Shown: positions 1 to 10,935, counted from the stretch's first letter. The stretch is DNA of 64,000 bases from a virus (IMGVR_UViG_2675903036_000001:1-64000); one strand, 5' to 3'. Notes: generated by a model not told the origin, from the sequence alone. Made by a program: numbers and translations.

Positions 1-133
1 AACACTTCCTTTGCCAGATCAATTCCAATTGTCGTAATTTTCATGTCGGACGCTCCTCTCTAGTTACAGGGTTTTAAACAACACTACTTTGGCACCTCGT
101 TGCCATTTAGGGTAGTGGGCGTCCATTCCATTA
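1..133 (-). mobile_element. IS110-family element left end and transposase N-terminus (runs off window)
   Basis: Minus strand from ATG at 44 reads MKITTIGIDLAKEV, the GIDLAK DEDD start motif. Non-coding end 45-133 is structured (ggacgc/gcgtcc, cactac/gtagtg). Confidence 0.8.
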
Positions 134-313
134 CGATTAACCTCCCGCGCCGAGTGCAATCCTTTCGCACGGTACGATTCAATCAATTGGCGATCCTCGT
201 CGGTGAGATGCAATTCGGTTTGGCGCATGATCAACTCCTCGTGGCAGGGTGGATGTGCGTCAGTATAATGATGTTTTGTTGTTTATGTGTTGTGATACTA
301 GTGTTCCGAGTAT
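134..313 (-). pseudogene. IS630-like transposase N-terminal remnant, interrupted by the IS110
   Basis: Minus strand reads MRQTELHLTDEDRQLIE, then a frameshift into YRAKGLHSAREVN, cut at the IS110 end. Confidence 0.5.
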
Positions 314-433
314 AGTGATTTGAAATAAAATAGGAACCATCATGGCCCCCCATATTCTTTCTGTCAGCTTTCTTGAAAATAATTACTGGCAAGTGAGTGT
401 GTGATGAAAATAACTTCAATTGGCGTGGATGAA

Positions 434-1621
434 TTATCCCATTGATTCTGCTGACTGTTGTTCCTGGAACACAAGTGGCAATTCTCCTTGAGATAAAATA
501 TTAGTCCCTTGCGGGGAATGTATGGTGGTTAACTTGGTGACGCGTATTCCGAGTAATCGCAGTTTCTTTTCCAGTGGCACACGCCGCAAACATTCTCTCG
601 CAGCATGGCGTATGGATGAGTGATCAGCAGTGAATGTAGTCAAGGTGATATCTCGTGTGACAGTATGGAAATCCTCGAAGCGCAGCTTGATGCCAATGGT
701 GCGCCCGAGGTAGCCTTTGCGCTGGAGATCCTCTGCGATGCGTATGCACAGGACAGTGAGTATTTCTGATAAAACGGCGCGATCATGACGTGGATGAAGA
801 TTGCGCTCAAAGGTGGTCTCCCGACTAATCGATTTGGGCTCGGAGCTAGTGATGACAGGGCGGTCATCAATTCCATGAGAAGCTTCGTATAACCAGGTTG
901 AGTAGCTGCGACCAAAGTGAGTCTGAAGGAAGCCCAACTCGGCCTGTGCCAGCTCAGCAATCGTCGAAATACCAAGCGATGCAAGTTTCTTTTCTGTTTT
1001 AGGGCCAATTCCATTGATTTTACGCACTGGTAATGGCCAAATTCGATTTGGAATCTCGAACATGTCAAGAATGGTGATGCCATCGGGTTTCTCAAGACTT
1101 GAGCAAATCTTCGACAGCAGTTTGTTTGGTGTAATACCAATGGAGCAGGTGAGGCCAGTGGCGTCGAATACCGCTTGCTTGATCCGTTTTGCAAGCGTCA
1201 GGCTATCGTCGGGCAGGCCACTTAGATCAATATAAATTTCATCTATGCCAGAGTCTTCGATCTGTGAAGCAATGCTTGCCACGGCCGCCTTGAACAGCCG
1301 CGAATAATGACGGTACGCATCAAAATCAACCGGCAGCAGAATGGCATCGGGAGCAAGCTGCGCTGCCTTCATCATGCCCATAGCAGAGAAGATGCCAATC
1401 GCCCGCGCTTCATAGGTAGCTGTTGTAATCACACCACGACCGATATATTCACGCAGTCGTGAAAAGTGGAGACTTCCATCTGCCTGTATCGTCGGTTTAT
1501 GATCAGATTTCCCACCAATCACGACTGGCAAACCACGTAATTGCGGGTAACGGAGAAGTTCGACCGATGCATAGAAAGCGTCCATATCAAGATGGGCGAT
1601 ACGACGTGATAAGATGTTCAT
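434..1621 (-). CDS. dinB: DNA polymerase IV (Y family)
   Basis: Motifs HLDMDAFYASVE, TYEAR, SGIDEIYID, GIGPKT and KSISRETTF. Confidence 0.95.
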   Translation of the reverse strand: MNILSRRIAHLDMDAFYASVELLRYPQLRGLPVVIGGKSDHKPTIQADGSLHFSRLREYIGRGVITTATYEARAIGIFSAMGMMKAAQLAPDAILLPVDFDAYRHYSRLFKAAVASIASQIEDSGIDEIYIDLSGLPDDSLTLAKRIKQAVFDATGLTCSIGITPNKLLSKICSSLEKPDGITILDMFEIPNRIWPLPVRKINGIGPKTEKKLASLGISTIAELAQAELGFLQTHFGRSYSTWLYEASHGIDDRPVITSSEPKSISRETTFERNLHPRHDRAVLSEILTVLCIRIAEDLQRKGYLGRTIGIKLRFEDFHTVTRDITLTTFTADHSSIRHAARECLRRVPLEKKLRLLGIRVTKLTTIHSPQGTNILSQGELPLVFQEQQSAESMG

Positions 1622-1786
1622 TGCTTACAAGCTATTTAATTCTGAGTTATTGTCAATTTGACGATCAGTATTTGAAAATGAATTGCATCTTACGTCAACC
1701 CATGATTGAGTGTAAATTCTGAATCAACGTAGAGAGGTTGTTTGGGGAACTGTACTCGTCGCACTTCAAAATTCGGTTTTTATAAT

Positions 1787-1817
1787 CCCTCATCCGGCCT
1801 TCTCCCAGCGGGAGAAG
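1787..1817. repeat. REP-like short palindrome
   Basis: CCCTCATCCGGCCTTCTCCCAGCGGGAGAAG, with a CTTCTCCC/GGGAGAAG stem. Confidence 0.4.
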
Positions 1818-1905
1818 ATATAGTTGCCGAATTTTGAAGTGCGATGAGTATAGAAATATATCTTGATACGATAGAATGCTTTTTTTCGGATCTTTTTTGA
1901 GTGAA

Positions 1906-2271
1906 ATGCTAATGACGAAGGATACCAGCAAACTTGATAAAGTAGTACTGCAAGCACGCCTGAATGCGGAAAAACGTGCGAAAGGTTATCGAGAGCAGGC
2001 ACTTAAGCTCTTTCCATGGATTTGTGGTCGTTGTGCACGCGCTTTCGACCATAAAACTGTTCAACTGCTAGAAGTGCATCATAAGAATCATAATCATGAC
2101 GACAACCCCGCTGACGGTAGTAATTGGGAATTATTGTGCACTTATTGTCATGAGAATGAGCACGCCAAAGTGAGGGATTCGGCAGGGCGGACCGATCGTG
2201 ATAATGCCATGGCGAGTGCTACCTTTAATCCTTTTGCTGATCTCAAAGAAAGATTTAAAAATAAAACCTGA
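1906..2271 (+). CDS. yajD: YajD-family HNH nuclease
   Basis: GYREQALKLFPWICGRC...VHHKNHNHDDNPADGSNWELLCTYCHENEH, and C-terminal ATFNPFADLK. Confidence 0.85.
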   Translation: MLMTKDTSKLDKVVLQARLNAEKRAKGYREQALKLFPWICGRCARAFDHKTVQLLEVHHKNHNHDDNPADGSNWELLCTYCHENEHAKVRDSAGRTDRDNAMASATFNPFADLKERFKNKT

Positions 2272-2399
2272 ATTGTGATTGTTGGGACACTCAGTTTAAT
2301 ATGCCTTGGTGAGCACCGGAGTTATTCCACCAAAATCCGCGATTAGTTTCTTAATCTCATCCTTTAGTACGCTGGGATACGCTCGCGGGGGGGAGAAAC

Positions 2400-2800
2400 A
2401 AAGAAGAATCAGTAAATTTGATGGCAGTCACGCGCATGATACCGCTATTTTCGGTATTATTAGCACATTTTGGTTTTCCAAGAACATGTTTGTTCCTGCC
2501 GTGGGGGAGCAGAACCAAGAAAGGAAAGCGCTGGTCGGCTAGGGAGTGAGAGATTGTGCCAATTGGTAGCTTTTGGTACGGATGTTTCGGAACAACTCGG
2601 CGGCGGTTCGAGGCAAATGCCGCCTTTTTTGTATCGGCGTAATCGCTCATAACCTGTTCGTTCTGTTCAAGCGTTCTGCCTTGGATGGCAATTAGCAGCA
2701 CCATCGGGTGGCAACAGTACGCTGGCGACTGTTTCATCTGCCAGGAAAAGTAGTGCGTCACGCCCGTACGGCTGGTGCTCAAGATCGCCCGCAAGGCATG
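2400..2800 (+). pseudogene. IS1380-family transposase remnant (frameshifted; ends approximate)
   Basis: Fragments FEANAAFF, GVIAHNLF and TVRWRLFHLPGKVVRHA in different frames. Confidence 0.65.
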
Positions 2801-3222
2801 CGTTCCATACCAAAGCCAATTTTCAATTCTTTTATACCATTCGCACTGCCTGGTCAATCCTTTGCTGGAACGGTGCGCCGTATTGCGCCATATGTCACAG
2901 AAATTTCAGAGACTTCGCCACGTTGGCGATACCAAACCAAGGTGGTCGAAAAACCACCTGGGCACTAGTTGCAACTGGCCGGTAGCAGATAAAAATAAGC
3001 GGAATGAACGATTGTGTTAGAGAAGACCGACACATCACTGGTGCTAATCCGCCCGCTTTTTTAGCGTGGTCATGGGTCACGTCGGCGACATTGGTGAATC
3101 CGTGGTAACGGACATCCCGTTTGAAAGAGTGAGTACAACGACAAACCCGAACCAGCGCGGCATTCCGATAGAGATGATGGAGGACGGTAGGTGTCAACGT
3201 ACTTTTCACCTGAGTACATCAT

Positions 3223-3470
3223 TTAAGCTACTTTTTTCATCGTAGTTTCTGGTTGCGCATTACCGGGATTAAGCCTGACTATTGACTCGTGCAACCAGTT
3301 TCTGGTTTTTCCCGGCCAACGTTCCGGATGTTTCTTTTTTGCATTCTCATAGAGGCGTTTTCGCTGTTCAAGAATAGTCACATCATCACCATGATGACGC
3401 TGTGCCGACGTCACATATTTTATGCCGCTATGGCGATGACAGTTGTTATACCAGTCAACAAAAGTTTGAC
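3223..3470 (-). pseudogene. IS3-family transposase C-terminal remnant
   Basis: FVDWYNNCHRHSGIKYVTSAQRH...HPERW. Confidence 0.75.
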
Positions 3471-3504
3471 CGTGTGATACGGTCACCCTGTTGGTATGTG
3501 ATGC

Positions 3505-3585
3505 CACCTTTAGGTGGCGCCAATTCTTGCTCCTTTGAGGGGCTAACAGAAATAAGCCTCCGGCTTTGCCGGAGGTAATTTAACT
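3505..3585 (+). mobile_element. IS200/IS605-like end hairpin
   Basis: CCTCCGGC-TTT-GCCGGAGG hairpin; no transposase gene remains. Confidence 0.45.
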
Positions 3586-4217
3586 CGACTCTTGAGAAAA
3601 AGAGAAGAAATATTGAAAATACAAAATTATCTAAATTACTTTAGATGCATACCAAAATTCTTTCTACATGAAGCATATCGCAGCATAAAACCCGGCTTTC
3701 TCAACAAACCAAACCGTTGAAACTAATGCAACTTCATACATACAAAATAGCTTCCCCGCAAATGCCGTCAGACTGTCATCTTGAACCTTAAGGTTCAAGG
3801 TGGTTGCTAACCGTATGCATCAGGTACTTCTTTTTTAAGAAGCGCACAACAGCATCACTTTGGTTTACAACCAGATACTAGGAATTGGTTCAAAGAATAT
3901 GAGCCTTAACAAACACTGCAGGGAAAATTTTTACTCGCTTTTTTGAGTTATAACACTCAAAAAGCCAATTTACTTAATAATCAATTCTATTAATTTTTTC
4001 GCTCTAGCAATATCTCGTTCAACTTGCCTTCCAAGGTTTTAATTTTACGCTTAAACTCATTCATGTCAAAACTTTTAATTAGATACATTCGCAATTTGTT
4101 GAGCCTCAATTTTTAATTAGCGTTGGGGATCGTATGGTGACCATGATCCAGTTCTAATCCAGCGTCGTGCTCTTTTCAATTTTTGAGATATACTCATCGC
4201 ACATGAAATTTCGGCAC

Positions 4218-4590
4218 TCAGGTGCTACCGATGATTTGGAAATTATCAGTTAATAAAGTACGTAATTCTGCTTTGTAATGATCCAATGTTGTGAAAAAAG
4301 CTTCGCAAGTGCTTTTGAAAAATGAAAAAATTTCATAGTAGCGACCATAGAAAATTTTCTTCTTGAAAAACTTCCAATAACGCTCAATCAAGTTTAGGTT
4401 AGGTGCATATGGCAGCAAAAATATGAGTTTTATTTTTGAATCATTGAGATAATCATTGACCAGTTGGGATCGATAATAACGCGCATTGTCACAAATAATG
4501 TAAATATGTGCTGCTATTGGATGGTGTGCCTCGATCTGCTGAAACAATTGGATAGTCGATTGCGCGTTGATGTAGCTAATTTTGCTATAA
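4218..4590 (-). pseudogene. IS630-family transposase C-terminal fragment
   Basis: ICDNARYY and FLLPYAPNLNLIERYWK motifs. Confidence 0.8.
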
Positions 4591-4609
4591 TTTGTTGTTT
4601 TCCCGGCTG

Positions 4610-4785
4610 CGAAAAAAATGTGGGCGCCACAAACACCCGACAGCAGGCTGTCTGGATAGTCAAAGCGTCAAATGTACTGCGGTTCCTGGGCAACATGGTT
4701 TTGATACTGGCAAGAAGGTTAATGGCCATAAACGTCACATTCTGGTGGACACACTGGGGTTATTGTTGACGGTTGTAGTGACTAT
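4610..4785 (+). pseudogene. IS5-family transposase fragment
   Basis: DSQSVK...GFDTGKKVNGHKRHILVDTLGLLL. Confidence 0.8.
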
Positions 4786-4901
4786 GCTTCCAAACAGCTT
4801 CTTAGAAAGAATCAGCGCAAAAGTTGCTCCAAAGCATGAACTAGTTTATCCTTTCCACCCTATTATTTCTTGGCTGAAAAATCATTTAGCAGGAGCAAAA
4901 A

Positions 4902-4994
4902 GGAGAAGTGACCGAGTGGCTTAAGGTGCACGCCTGGAAAGCGTGTGTATGGTTTATCGCCGTACCGCGGGTTCGAATCCCGCCTTCTCCGCCA
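4902..4994 (+). tRNA. tRNA-Ser (anticodon GGA); probable prophage integration site
   Basis: Acceptor stem GGAGAAG/CTTCTCC; anticodon arm CACGC-CTGGAAA-GCGTG; long variable arm; GGTTCGAATCC T-loop; encoded CCA. Confidence 0.95.
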
Positions 4995-5073
4995 TAGAAC
5001 CATTAAAAATTAAATACTTACAGATAAACGGTTGACTGTTTTTGATCATATTTGGTCATGTTTTTGCATAGCG

Positions 5074-5095
5074 TGGTCAACATTTTGGTCAACAT
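5074..5095 (+). repeat. Putative integrase arm-type sites
   Basis: Direct repeat TGGTCAACAT at 5074-5083 and 5086-5095, between the tRNA and the int stop. Confidence 0.55.
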
Positions 5096-6277
5096 TTAAG
5101 GGTTACGATCAATTACTTTGTGATTCTGAGGATTGAATAAATACTCCCCAAACATATCAAGCGCCTTGCCGCCTTGCTGCGTATTTGAAGGTATCCAGCG
5201 AGCGTAAGTGCGTGCAGTAATTAACACGCTCGAGTGCCCCATCTGCTTAGATACCCAAGCCAAATTTTCTCCTGCTGATAGCATCATTGAAGCGAATGTG
5301 TGCCTAGTTTGGTAAGGGTTTCTATAGCGAACATTTGCTCGTTTCAATAATGGAATCCAAAGCGATTTCCTGATTTGCTGATCACCGGTCCATTGCACGC
5401 CTTTAATCGGGTTAAGAAATATTTTGCCGCCTTGCAATAAAGTGTGCTGCTTTTGATTAATCAACGCTTGCTCAACAGGTGGCAGCATATCTATTTCGCG
5501 CGTCCCTGTTTTTGTTTTGGTTGTCTCATCAGCGTCAGAGAATTGAGTTTTTGCCTTGCTGATATTGATCTTCTTTCTATTGAAATCGATGTCTGACCAC
5601 TCCAACGCAATCAATTCTGATGTACGCATACCAGTCCAAAAGAACACAATGCATTGATTTTTGATTTGCCCGACTGCGGCCTTAATGATTGCTTGCTGCT
5701 CTTCCTGGGTAAACGGGTCCACATAATCTTTTGTGGCGGGCGCTTCATTGCGCTGATATGTCCAGCCAAGCAAAGGATTCAATTGAATCAGATCATCGTG
5801 AAGCGCGTCCTGTAGTGATGCACGTAGCGGACTTAGAATATTAGATATGCGCTTATTAGAGCAATTGAGATTGGCCGCCCACGTTCTCACATCATTTCGG
5901 CTCAAGCATGTTAATAATTTCGATCCAAATTGAGGTATTACCAGATTCTCAATTATCTTTCTGTAGTCGTTGTATGTACTGGCTTTGATGGTCGGCTTTT
6001 TATTAGCAAGCCATTCTATTAAATATGATTTGACAGTGTATTGAGATGGCGCGAACTTAAGCGCATTCTTTGAATTTGGAAACGTATATGAATAATCAAA
6101 TGTGCCCGCATCAATCGCGCTTAGTATTGCCGCTCTATGCTGGGCCGCCTTCTTTAAGTTAGTGGGCGTGGGCTTGAGTCTGATACGCTCCTTGCAGCGC
6201 TTTCCTTTGTAGTAGAAGTCGATCTCAATCGACGAATCGCTTGACTCTCTGACTCCCGGATACTTGCCTCCACCCAT
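5096..6277 (-). CDS. int: Phage tyrosine integrase with N-terminal arm-binding domain
   Basis: TGMRTSEL, YQTRHTFAS and QMGH...ARTY catalytic motifs. Confidence 0.93.
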   Translation of the reverse strand: MGGGKYPGVRESSDSSIEIDFYYKGKRCKERIRLKPTPTNLKKAAQHRAAILSAIDAGTFDYSYTFPNSKNALKFAPSQYTVKSYLIEWLANKKPTIKASTYNDYRKIIENLVIPQFGSKLLTCLSRNDVRTWAANLNCSNKRISNILSPLRASLQDALHDDLIQLNPLLGWTYQRNEAPATKDYVDPFTQEEQQAIIKAAVGQIKNQCIVFFWTGMRTSELIALEWSDIDFNRKKINISKAKTQFSDADETTKTKTGTREIDMLPPVEQALINQKQHTLLQGGKIFLNPIKGVQWTGDQQIRKSLWIPLLKRANVRYRNPYQTRHTFASMMLSAGENLAWVSKQMGHSSVLITARTYARWIPSNTQQGGKALDMFGEYLFNPQNHKVIDRNP

Positions 6278-6438
6278 GAATGATACCCCTCAACGTTGAT
6301 TAGAATTCTTCCGTCAGGCGCTTTAGTGTACTCCCGCCCCCTGATCCAGTCACCACGCGAAATTTTTGATCTGATTGCGTCCGGTGTATAGCCTGTTACT
6401 TGGCAGAATTTATCAATTGTTACGTAGTTTGCAATCAT
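6154..6438 (-). CDS. xis: Excisionase, overlapping the int 5' end by 124 bp
   Basis: YVTIDKFCQVTGYTPDAIRSKI...KAPDGRILIN; position directly upstream of int. Confidence 0.8.
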   Translation of the reverse strand: MIANYVTIDKFCQVTGYTPDAIRSKISRGDWIRGREYTKAPDGRILINVEGYHSWVEASIRESESQAIRRLRSTSTTKESAARSVSDSSPRPLT

Positions 6439-6481
6439 AATTCACCTAGCCATACGCTTTCTTCAGATGTTTTCTGTTCCA

Positions 6482-7102
6482 TCAAGCCCTCCTAAACTCA
6501 ATCTTCCAAACGTATGGATCTTCATTCCACGATCCTTTCCCGTTTATTGATTCCCACAGGTATTGATAGCCAGCTCTATATTGTATATGCTCAAGATTTC
6601 TGCCAACTCCGGATGGATCAGCACCCTCAGAAATCGCATCCTCTTCACTGATGTCATTGAGCCTCTCTGCTCTGATATTTGTGATCTCCAGGGTGATTCT
6701 TGACGCTGATCGCGGCATAAAAATTGACGGCCTTAATTTTCCAGGGTTGATCATTTTTTTACCGGAGATTAGGTTGCTGCTTTCATCTGCTTCGTAATGT
6801 ATTCCAGCGCCTAAAACCAGACATCTTGGCGGTACACCATCCAATGCTTCAGATGTGCGCCAAGTTTCCCTCACCCAAAGTACATCCCCAATTTTTCCGA
6901 ACGGGCAATGAATCACAATGTCTTGCAGCTTTGGCAGTAGTAATCCATCAAGAGGCTTATTTAGCCACTCGCCAGATAGATTGCCGTGCTCATTAACTTC
7001 TGGCTGCGGCTTGATGATCCGCCTTGTTTGTGTCTTCCTTCCATCTAGCAAAGCTTTTACCATTGGCGCAGACATTAATATTGGGCGTTCTTTAACCATC
7101 AC
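6482..7102 (-). CDS. ASCH/PUA-like phage protein
   Basis: RPILMSAPMVKALLDGRKTQTRR, GDVLWVRE, PSIFMPR and PYVWKIEF. Confidence 0.7.
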   Translation of the reverse strand: MMVKERPILMSAPMVKALLDGRKTQTRRIIKPQPEVNEHGNLSGEWLNKPLDGLLLPKLQDIVIHCPFGKIGDVLWVRETWRTSEALDGVPPRCLVLGAGIHYEADESSNLISGKKMINPGKLRPSIFMPRSASRITLEITNIRAERLNDISEEDAISEGADPSGVGRNLEHIQYRAGYQYLWESINGKGSWNEDPYVWKIEFRRA

Positions 7103-8004
7103 GCAGTCTCAGATTCTTCAAGCTTTACTGCGCCACCCAATACAGAATTTATGCCCGAGAAAGCATCGCGCACTGCGTTGGCATTAAGGATGATTTCAGC
7201 ATCAATCCTTTCTTCCTTCAGCATATCCATGTGGTCTGGGTCACGTTCTTCTATACCTATGTGATTGATATTTTTTAATACCAGCTTTCCAGTCAGGACA
7301 AAAGAAAGCTTGTCGTTGTGTGTTAAAGCCAGTTCGATGCAATTTCTTGCGCGAAGAAGATCTCGAAACTCATCTTCACAGATATTTTCTTTAGTAATTC
7401 TTACTTTCCCGCCATCTGGATTGGTTAGAACTGCACGATCATCAATGGTAAAACCATGTGGGCAATCATCGTTACCCAGCCAGTTTGTAAAGTTTGCTGA
7501 TGGGTTTTGGTTAGTTCTCCATTTAATGATTTCAACATCCCAATCCGCATGTTTTAACAATGCGCTAATCAACCAGTCAGCTTTAGACTGGTTGGATGTG
7601 TTAACGACTAACAGATTGGTATTAAAATCTACCCAAGCCCGAACATACTCGGTTTTAACAAATGCCTTGGCCAGTAATTCAATAATTACCGCATCTTTAA
7701 TCTCTCTTTCTTGTTTGCGGCCAACAGGACAGCCCTGTATTTCTTCAAATTTTTTGGCACGTAATTTGGTTTCTTCTTTCACCAAGCTGGCAGGTATTAT
7801 CTTTTGATCAACCCTGAGCATGATGGCCGCAATATTTCCAATATTGCGCTCCAGTTCATCTTTGCCCTCGATTGGTGGAACAAAGCCAACGCTAGAAAAA
7901 TCAGCCTGAGTGCAAGGAATGAATGTCCGCATACTAATAGCAGCATTGAGTTTTTCTGGTGTTAATCCGCTAAATGTAAAAATGGTTGCGTTTTTTGCGA
8001 GCAT
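7099..8004 (-). CDS. rdgC: Recombination-associated protein RdgC (phage copy)
   Basis: FIPC...SVGFVPP, KIIPASLVKE, and GRKQEREIKDAVIIELLAKAF. Confidence 0.85.
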   Translation of the reverse strand: MLAKNATIFTFSGLTPEKLNAAISMRTFIPCTQADFSSVGFVPPIEGKDELERNIGNIAAIMLRVDQKIIPASLVKEETKLRAKKFEEIQGCPVGRKQEREIKDAVIIELLAKAFVKTEYVRAWVDFNTNLLVVNTSNQSKADWLISALLKHADWDVEIIKWRTNQNPSANFTNWLGNDDCPHGFTIDDRAVLTNPDGGKVRITKENICEDEFRDLLRARNCIELALTHNDKLSFVLTGKLVLKNINHIGIEERDPDHMDMLKEERIDAEIILNANAVRDAFSGINSVLGGAVKLEESETA

Positions 8005-8660
8005 TATGATGACTCCTTGTTTGTCGCTTTTGCTTCGTCATATTTGCTGATGCCATAAACAATTGCGTACAAGCACCAGGTGTAATCGAATGTGTAAGAT
8101 TTACAATCAACACCATCAAAAAAATCTATGAACTCTATACCTTTATAGTTAAATGAATTGATAGCATCACAAGCGGCATGCTCACCATCCCGTGAACGGG
8201 ATAGGACTTGATCTTCTATCTTCTCCCAGATTTCCGCCTCAAAGTCGTCATCGCCTTCCTCTAGTTCGTGAGCGATGTAGTTATCGAAATGATGTCGAAC
8301 TGCGTTCTCGAATAGCTCTATGTTAAATTCTTTATAGCCTGCATTTGTTCCTATGCTCAGTAACTTTTCACCCCAGTATGATGGGTTTATAAATAAGCCT
8401 TTTTTACCTTCCGGTCTCTCAGGTCTTGTTCTTAAAAAATCGAACATATCTGAAACTCTACTAAAAACATACGTCCCGAAGTCACCGTCAATACACAGTC
8501 TTCCAGGCCATGTAATAAGATCAAGCCGATAAACAGAACTTCCATTTCTTGAGAATTTGATATGCCGATGAACCCCATCATCTCTAATTATTTCCATTGA
8601 ATGATCTTTAACATCATTCAGGAATCTTTCCTCTGTGCATGCGTGATCTTTGTTTGACAT
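8004..8660 (-). CDS. Phage hypothetical protein
   Basis: 218-aa ORF, translationally coupled within the leftward operon. Confidence 0.75.
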   Translation of the reverse strand: MSNKDHACTEERFLNDVKDHSMEIIRDDGVHRHIKFSRNGSSVYRLDLITWPGRLCIDGDFGTYVFSRVSDMFDFLRTRPERPEGKKGLFINPSYWGEKLLSIGTNAGYKEFNIELFENAVRHHFDNYIAHELEEGDDDFEAEIWEKIEDQVLSRSRDGEHAACDAINSFNYKGIEFIDFFDGVDCKSYTFDYTWCLYAIVYGISKYDEAKATNKESS

Positions 8661-10415
8661 TTAAGCTACCGCCTCCTCTTGTGCTTCAACACGCTCAAGT
8701 ACCCCATCTTGCATCCAGTGCACCTGGGTATTGTTAAATGATTTCGCAACATTCTCAGCGTGTTGCTTTTGTAGAGTTCCATTGATAATGCAGGTATCAA
8801 TTTCATTCCTGATCGCAAGCTCTTCGAGAAAAATGAATACGCTTCCTCGTGATGAACTTTCCAGAATATCCATTCCGTCGATGATGAACAGCTTCAGACC
8901 GGACACATGACTGACAGCCTCCGCCAGAAGAACATCTGCGCGCCACTGGAATGACTTTGAGCTCAGGCAATACGGCCTGCCTTCAACCATGACGTTCATA
9001 TCACTATCAAGCGTTACTGGAGGCCATCCGGTGATATCTGCAGTAAATTCCAATCTCTTTAGGAATGGCGCAATTGCTTCTTTTAAAAATTCTCCTGGGA
9101 TACCATCTGGCGCGAGAGCATCAGCCACTTTTAGCCACTTCATTACTTGAGTGTGATGCTCAAGTGCTTTTGCCGTTTTTTGGTCTGCCTCCATTAAAGC
9201 TTTCACTTGTTCAGACAGACTTTTTATTTCATCCTCAAGAGATTTTTTTTGAGACTTCAATTCATCGCGCTTGGCGGTGATCGCAAGAAACGCTGCATCG
9301 TCAATTTGTGATGTAGTTGAATTGATAGCATCAAGCTGTGCTTTTGCTTTTTCTGAATTAGCCAGATCTCGCTTATCGTTTTCAATCGAGTTGAGAATGA
9401 TGTTTAGACTATTTTCAAATGTTGTCAGGTTGGCGGCTGCATCCTCATCACCACTCATATCGCCATGTTCTATTAGTTTTTTATCTCTGCCTAAGAATAT
9501 AACCTCGGTCCCACATGATGGACAGTGACACACCGTATCATCGGAAGTTATGTTACTGGCCAGCCGCCTAGTGTTTTCAATTAACGCCTCTGTGTCTTTG
9601 GCTTGCTGCAAATCGAATTCTAATTTTTTCTGGATCCTTGGTATTTTTGCTGCTTCTTCTTGCAGAGTTGCAATCTCTGATGCTCTGGCATCAGACTTGC
9701 TTTTCTCAGCGTCCATAGCTCCATATTGTTGAGTAACCTGATCATATTCAACATTAATGGTTGCAAGTAATTGCTCTTTTTCCATCACTGCATTTTGCAT
9801 TTGAGTGAGGTCTCCCTCTGCTTTGGCTTTCCATTCAGGGGCCTTTTTATCACCGTAAGCCTCTCCAGTGACGCCTTTCCACAAAACCTTTTCATCTCTG
9901 GCTTTTGTTTGAGCCTCAGCTTGCGCGTCTGGAAATCCTGCGCGTAGGAGCGGAATGACATGATCAGCCATTTGCCCATCAATACCCTTGGCAAGCATGC
10001 GCTCTTTGACCTTTTCGCTTGTTATCTTTGTGCCCGAGATGTTAAGAACAAGTTTGCGTATCTCATCCGATTTGGATGCTGCAAATCTGGATGCAGTGAG
10101 CACGTAGGGGAGGGCGGGCGCAGGATCAATGCCTTGCCCCTTGACCGTTCCGTTTTTCAGAATCCGATGGTAAAAATAGCTATCTCCGATCGTGACTTCT
10201 GCCATGCCATCCTCGTTGCCATTAATGAGCCAAGGAGCTTCTTGTTTGAGTTTGACGCGACAAAGACCGCCGGTTAACGCCATAGACACAGCATCTGCAA
10301 TACAGGTTTTGCCCGATGCGTTATTGCCAGCAACAAAAATAATCGGCTTTTCTGTTTCAATCTCTGCGCTTTTAACTGCGAGGATATTTTTTATTGATAT
10401 CTTGTTGAGTTTCAT
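8661..10415 (-). CDS. SbcC/Rad50-like ATPase
   Basis: Walker A GNNASGKT; coiled coils; central CPSC zinc hook; Walker B-like FIIDGMD. Confidence 0.8.
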   Translation of the reverse strand: MKLNKISIKNILAVKSAEIETEKPIIFVAGNNASGKTCIADAVSMALTGGLCRVKLKQEAPWLINGNEDGMAEVTIGDSYFYHRILKNGTVKGQGIDPAPALPYVLTASRFAASKSDEIRKLVLNISGTKITSEKVKERMLAKGIDGQMADHVIPLLRAGFPDAQAEAQTKARDEKVLWKGVTGEAYGDKKAPEWKAKAEGDLTQMQNAVMEKEQLLATINVEYDQVTQQYGAMDAEKSKSDARASEIATLQEEAAKIPRIQKKLEFDLQQAKDTEALIENTRRLASNITSDDTVCHCPSCGTEVIFLGRDKKLIEHGDMSGDEDAAANLTTFENSLNIILNSIENDKRDLANSEKAKAQLDAINSTTSQIDDAAFLAITAKRDELKSQKKSLEDEIKSLSEQVKALMEADQKTAKALEHHTQVMKWLKVADALAPDGIPGEFLKEAIAPFLKRLEFTADITGWPPVTLDSDMNVMVEGRPYCLSSKSFQWRADVLLAEAVSHVSGLKLFIIDGMDILESSSRGSVFIFLEELAIRNEIDTCIINGTLQKQHAENVAKSFNNTQVHWMQDGVLERVEAQEEAVA

Positions 10416-10750
10416 TTTTTATCCTGTCCTATCTTTTGCAGTAGCTCCACGCACTCTTCTTGAGCATCTTTTGCTGCATCGATCAAGTCTCGCCGCATTA
10501 ATTCCCTTGCAGTCGCAATCACACTTTCAATATGATGCTGCGTTGCCTCACGTAAATATGCATTCAATTCTCTTACTGAACCGGAATATTTGCTTGCATG
10601 CTGTTGGTATGTGACCAGATCGGCTGATAGGGTACTTATTACTAATCTAGCCTTCCCAAATTCTTGATCTTGTCCGACGACGGATAAAAATTCTTCAATT
10701 TCATTTAATTCGGACTTCAATTTCTTGTATGCCTCAATTTTCATAGTCAC
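10412..10750 (-). CDS. Hypothetical protein
   Basis: 4-bp overlaps with both neighbours. Confidence 0.6.
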   Translation of the reverse strand: MTMKIEAYKKLKSELNEIEEFLSVVGQDQEFGKARLVISTLSADLVTYQQHASKYSGSVRELNAYLREATQHHIESVIATARELMRRDLIDAAKDAQEECVELLQKIGQDKK

Positions 10751-10935
10751 CCCAAATCCATTTTACGTTGTTGCAACTGATGTTTAATTTCCTGTCGTTT
10801 AACCATGTGGTGCTGATAGTCTTCGTATGCGTGATGCTTGTTACCGACCCATCCGCATGAGCAAGATGGTTGAATCCACGACATTGGCCCACTACCTCCG
10901 TATGTTCGTTTTAGCTCGTGCTTCACACTCATCAC
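10747..10935 (-). CDS. Small CxCGW protein
   Basis: Coupled ORF containing SCSCGWVG. Confidence 0.55.
   Translation of the reverse strand: MMSVKHELKRTYGGSGPMSWIQPSCSCGWVGNKHHAYEDYQHHMVKRQEIKHQLQQRKMDLG

Noticed and set aside
1622-1780. LexA box upstream of dinB
   Set aside because: No CTGT-N8-ACAG match found.
4950-4994. attR duplicate of the tRNA 3' end
   Set aside because: No second copy seen in this window, so the att core cannot be defined.
5096-6277. Integrase as an integron IntI
   Set aside because: It has a phage arm-binding N-terminus, an adjacent xis and a tRNA target, and I see no IntI-specific insertion.
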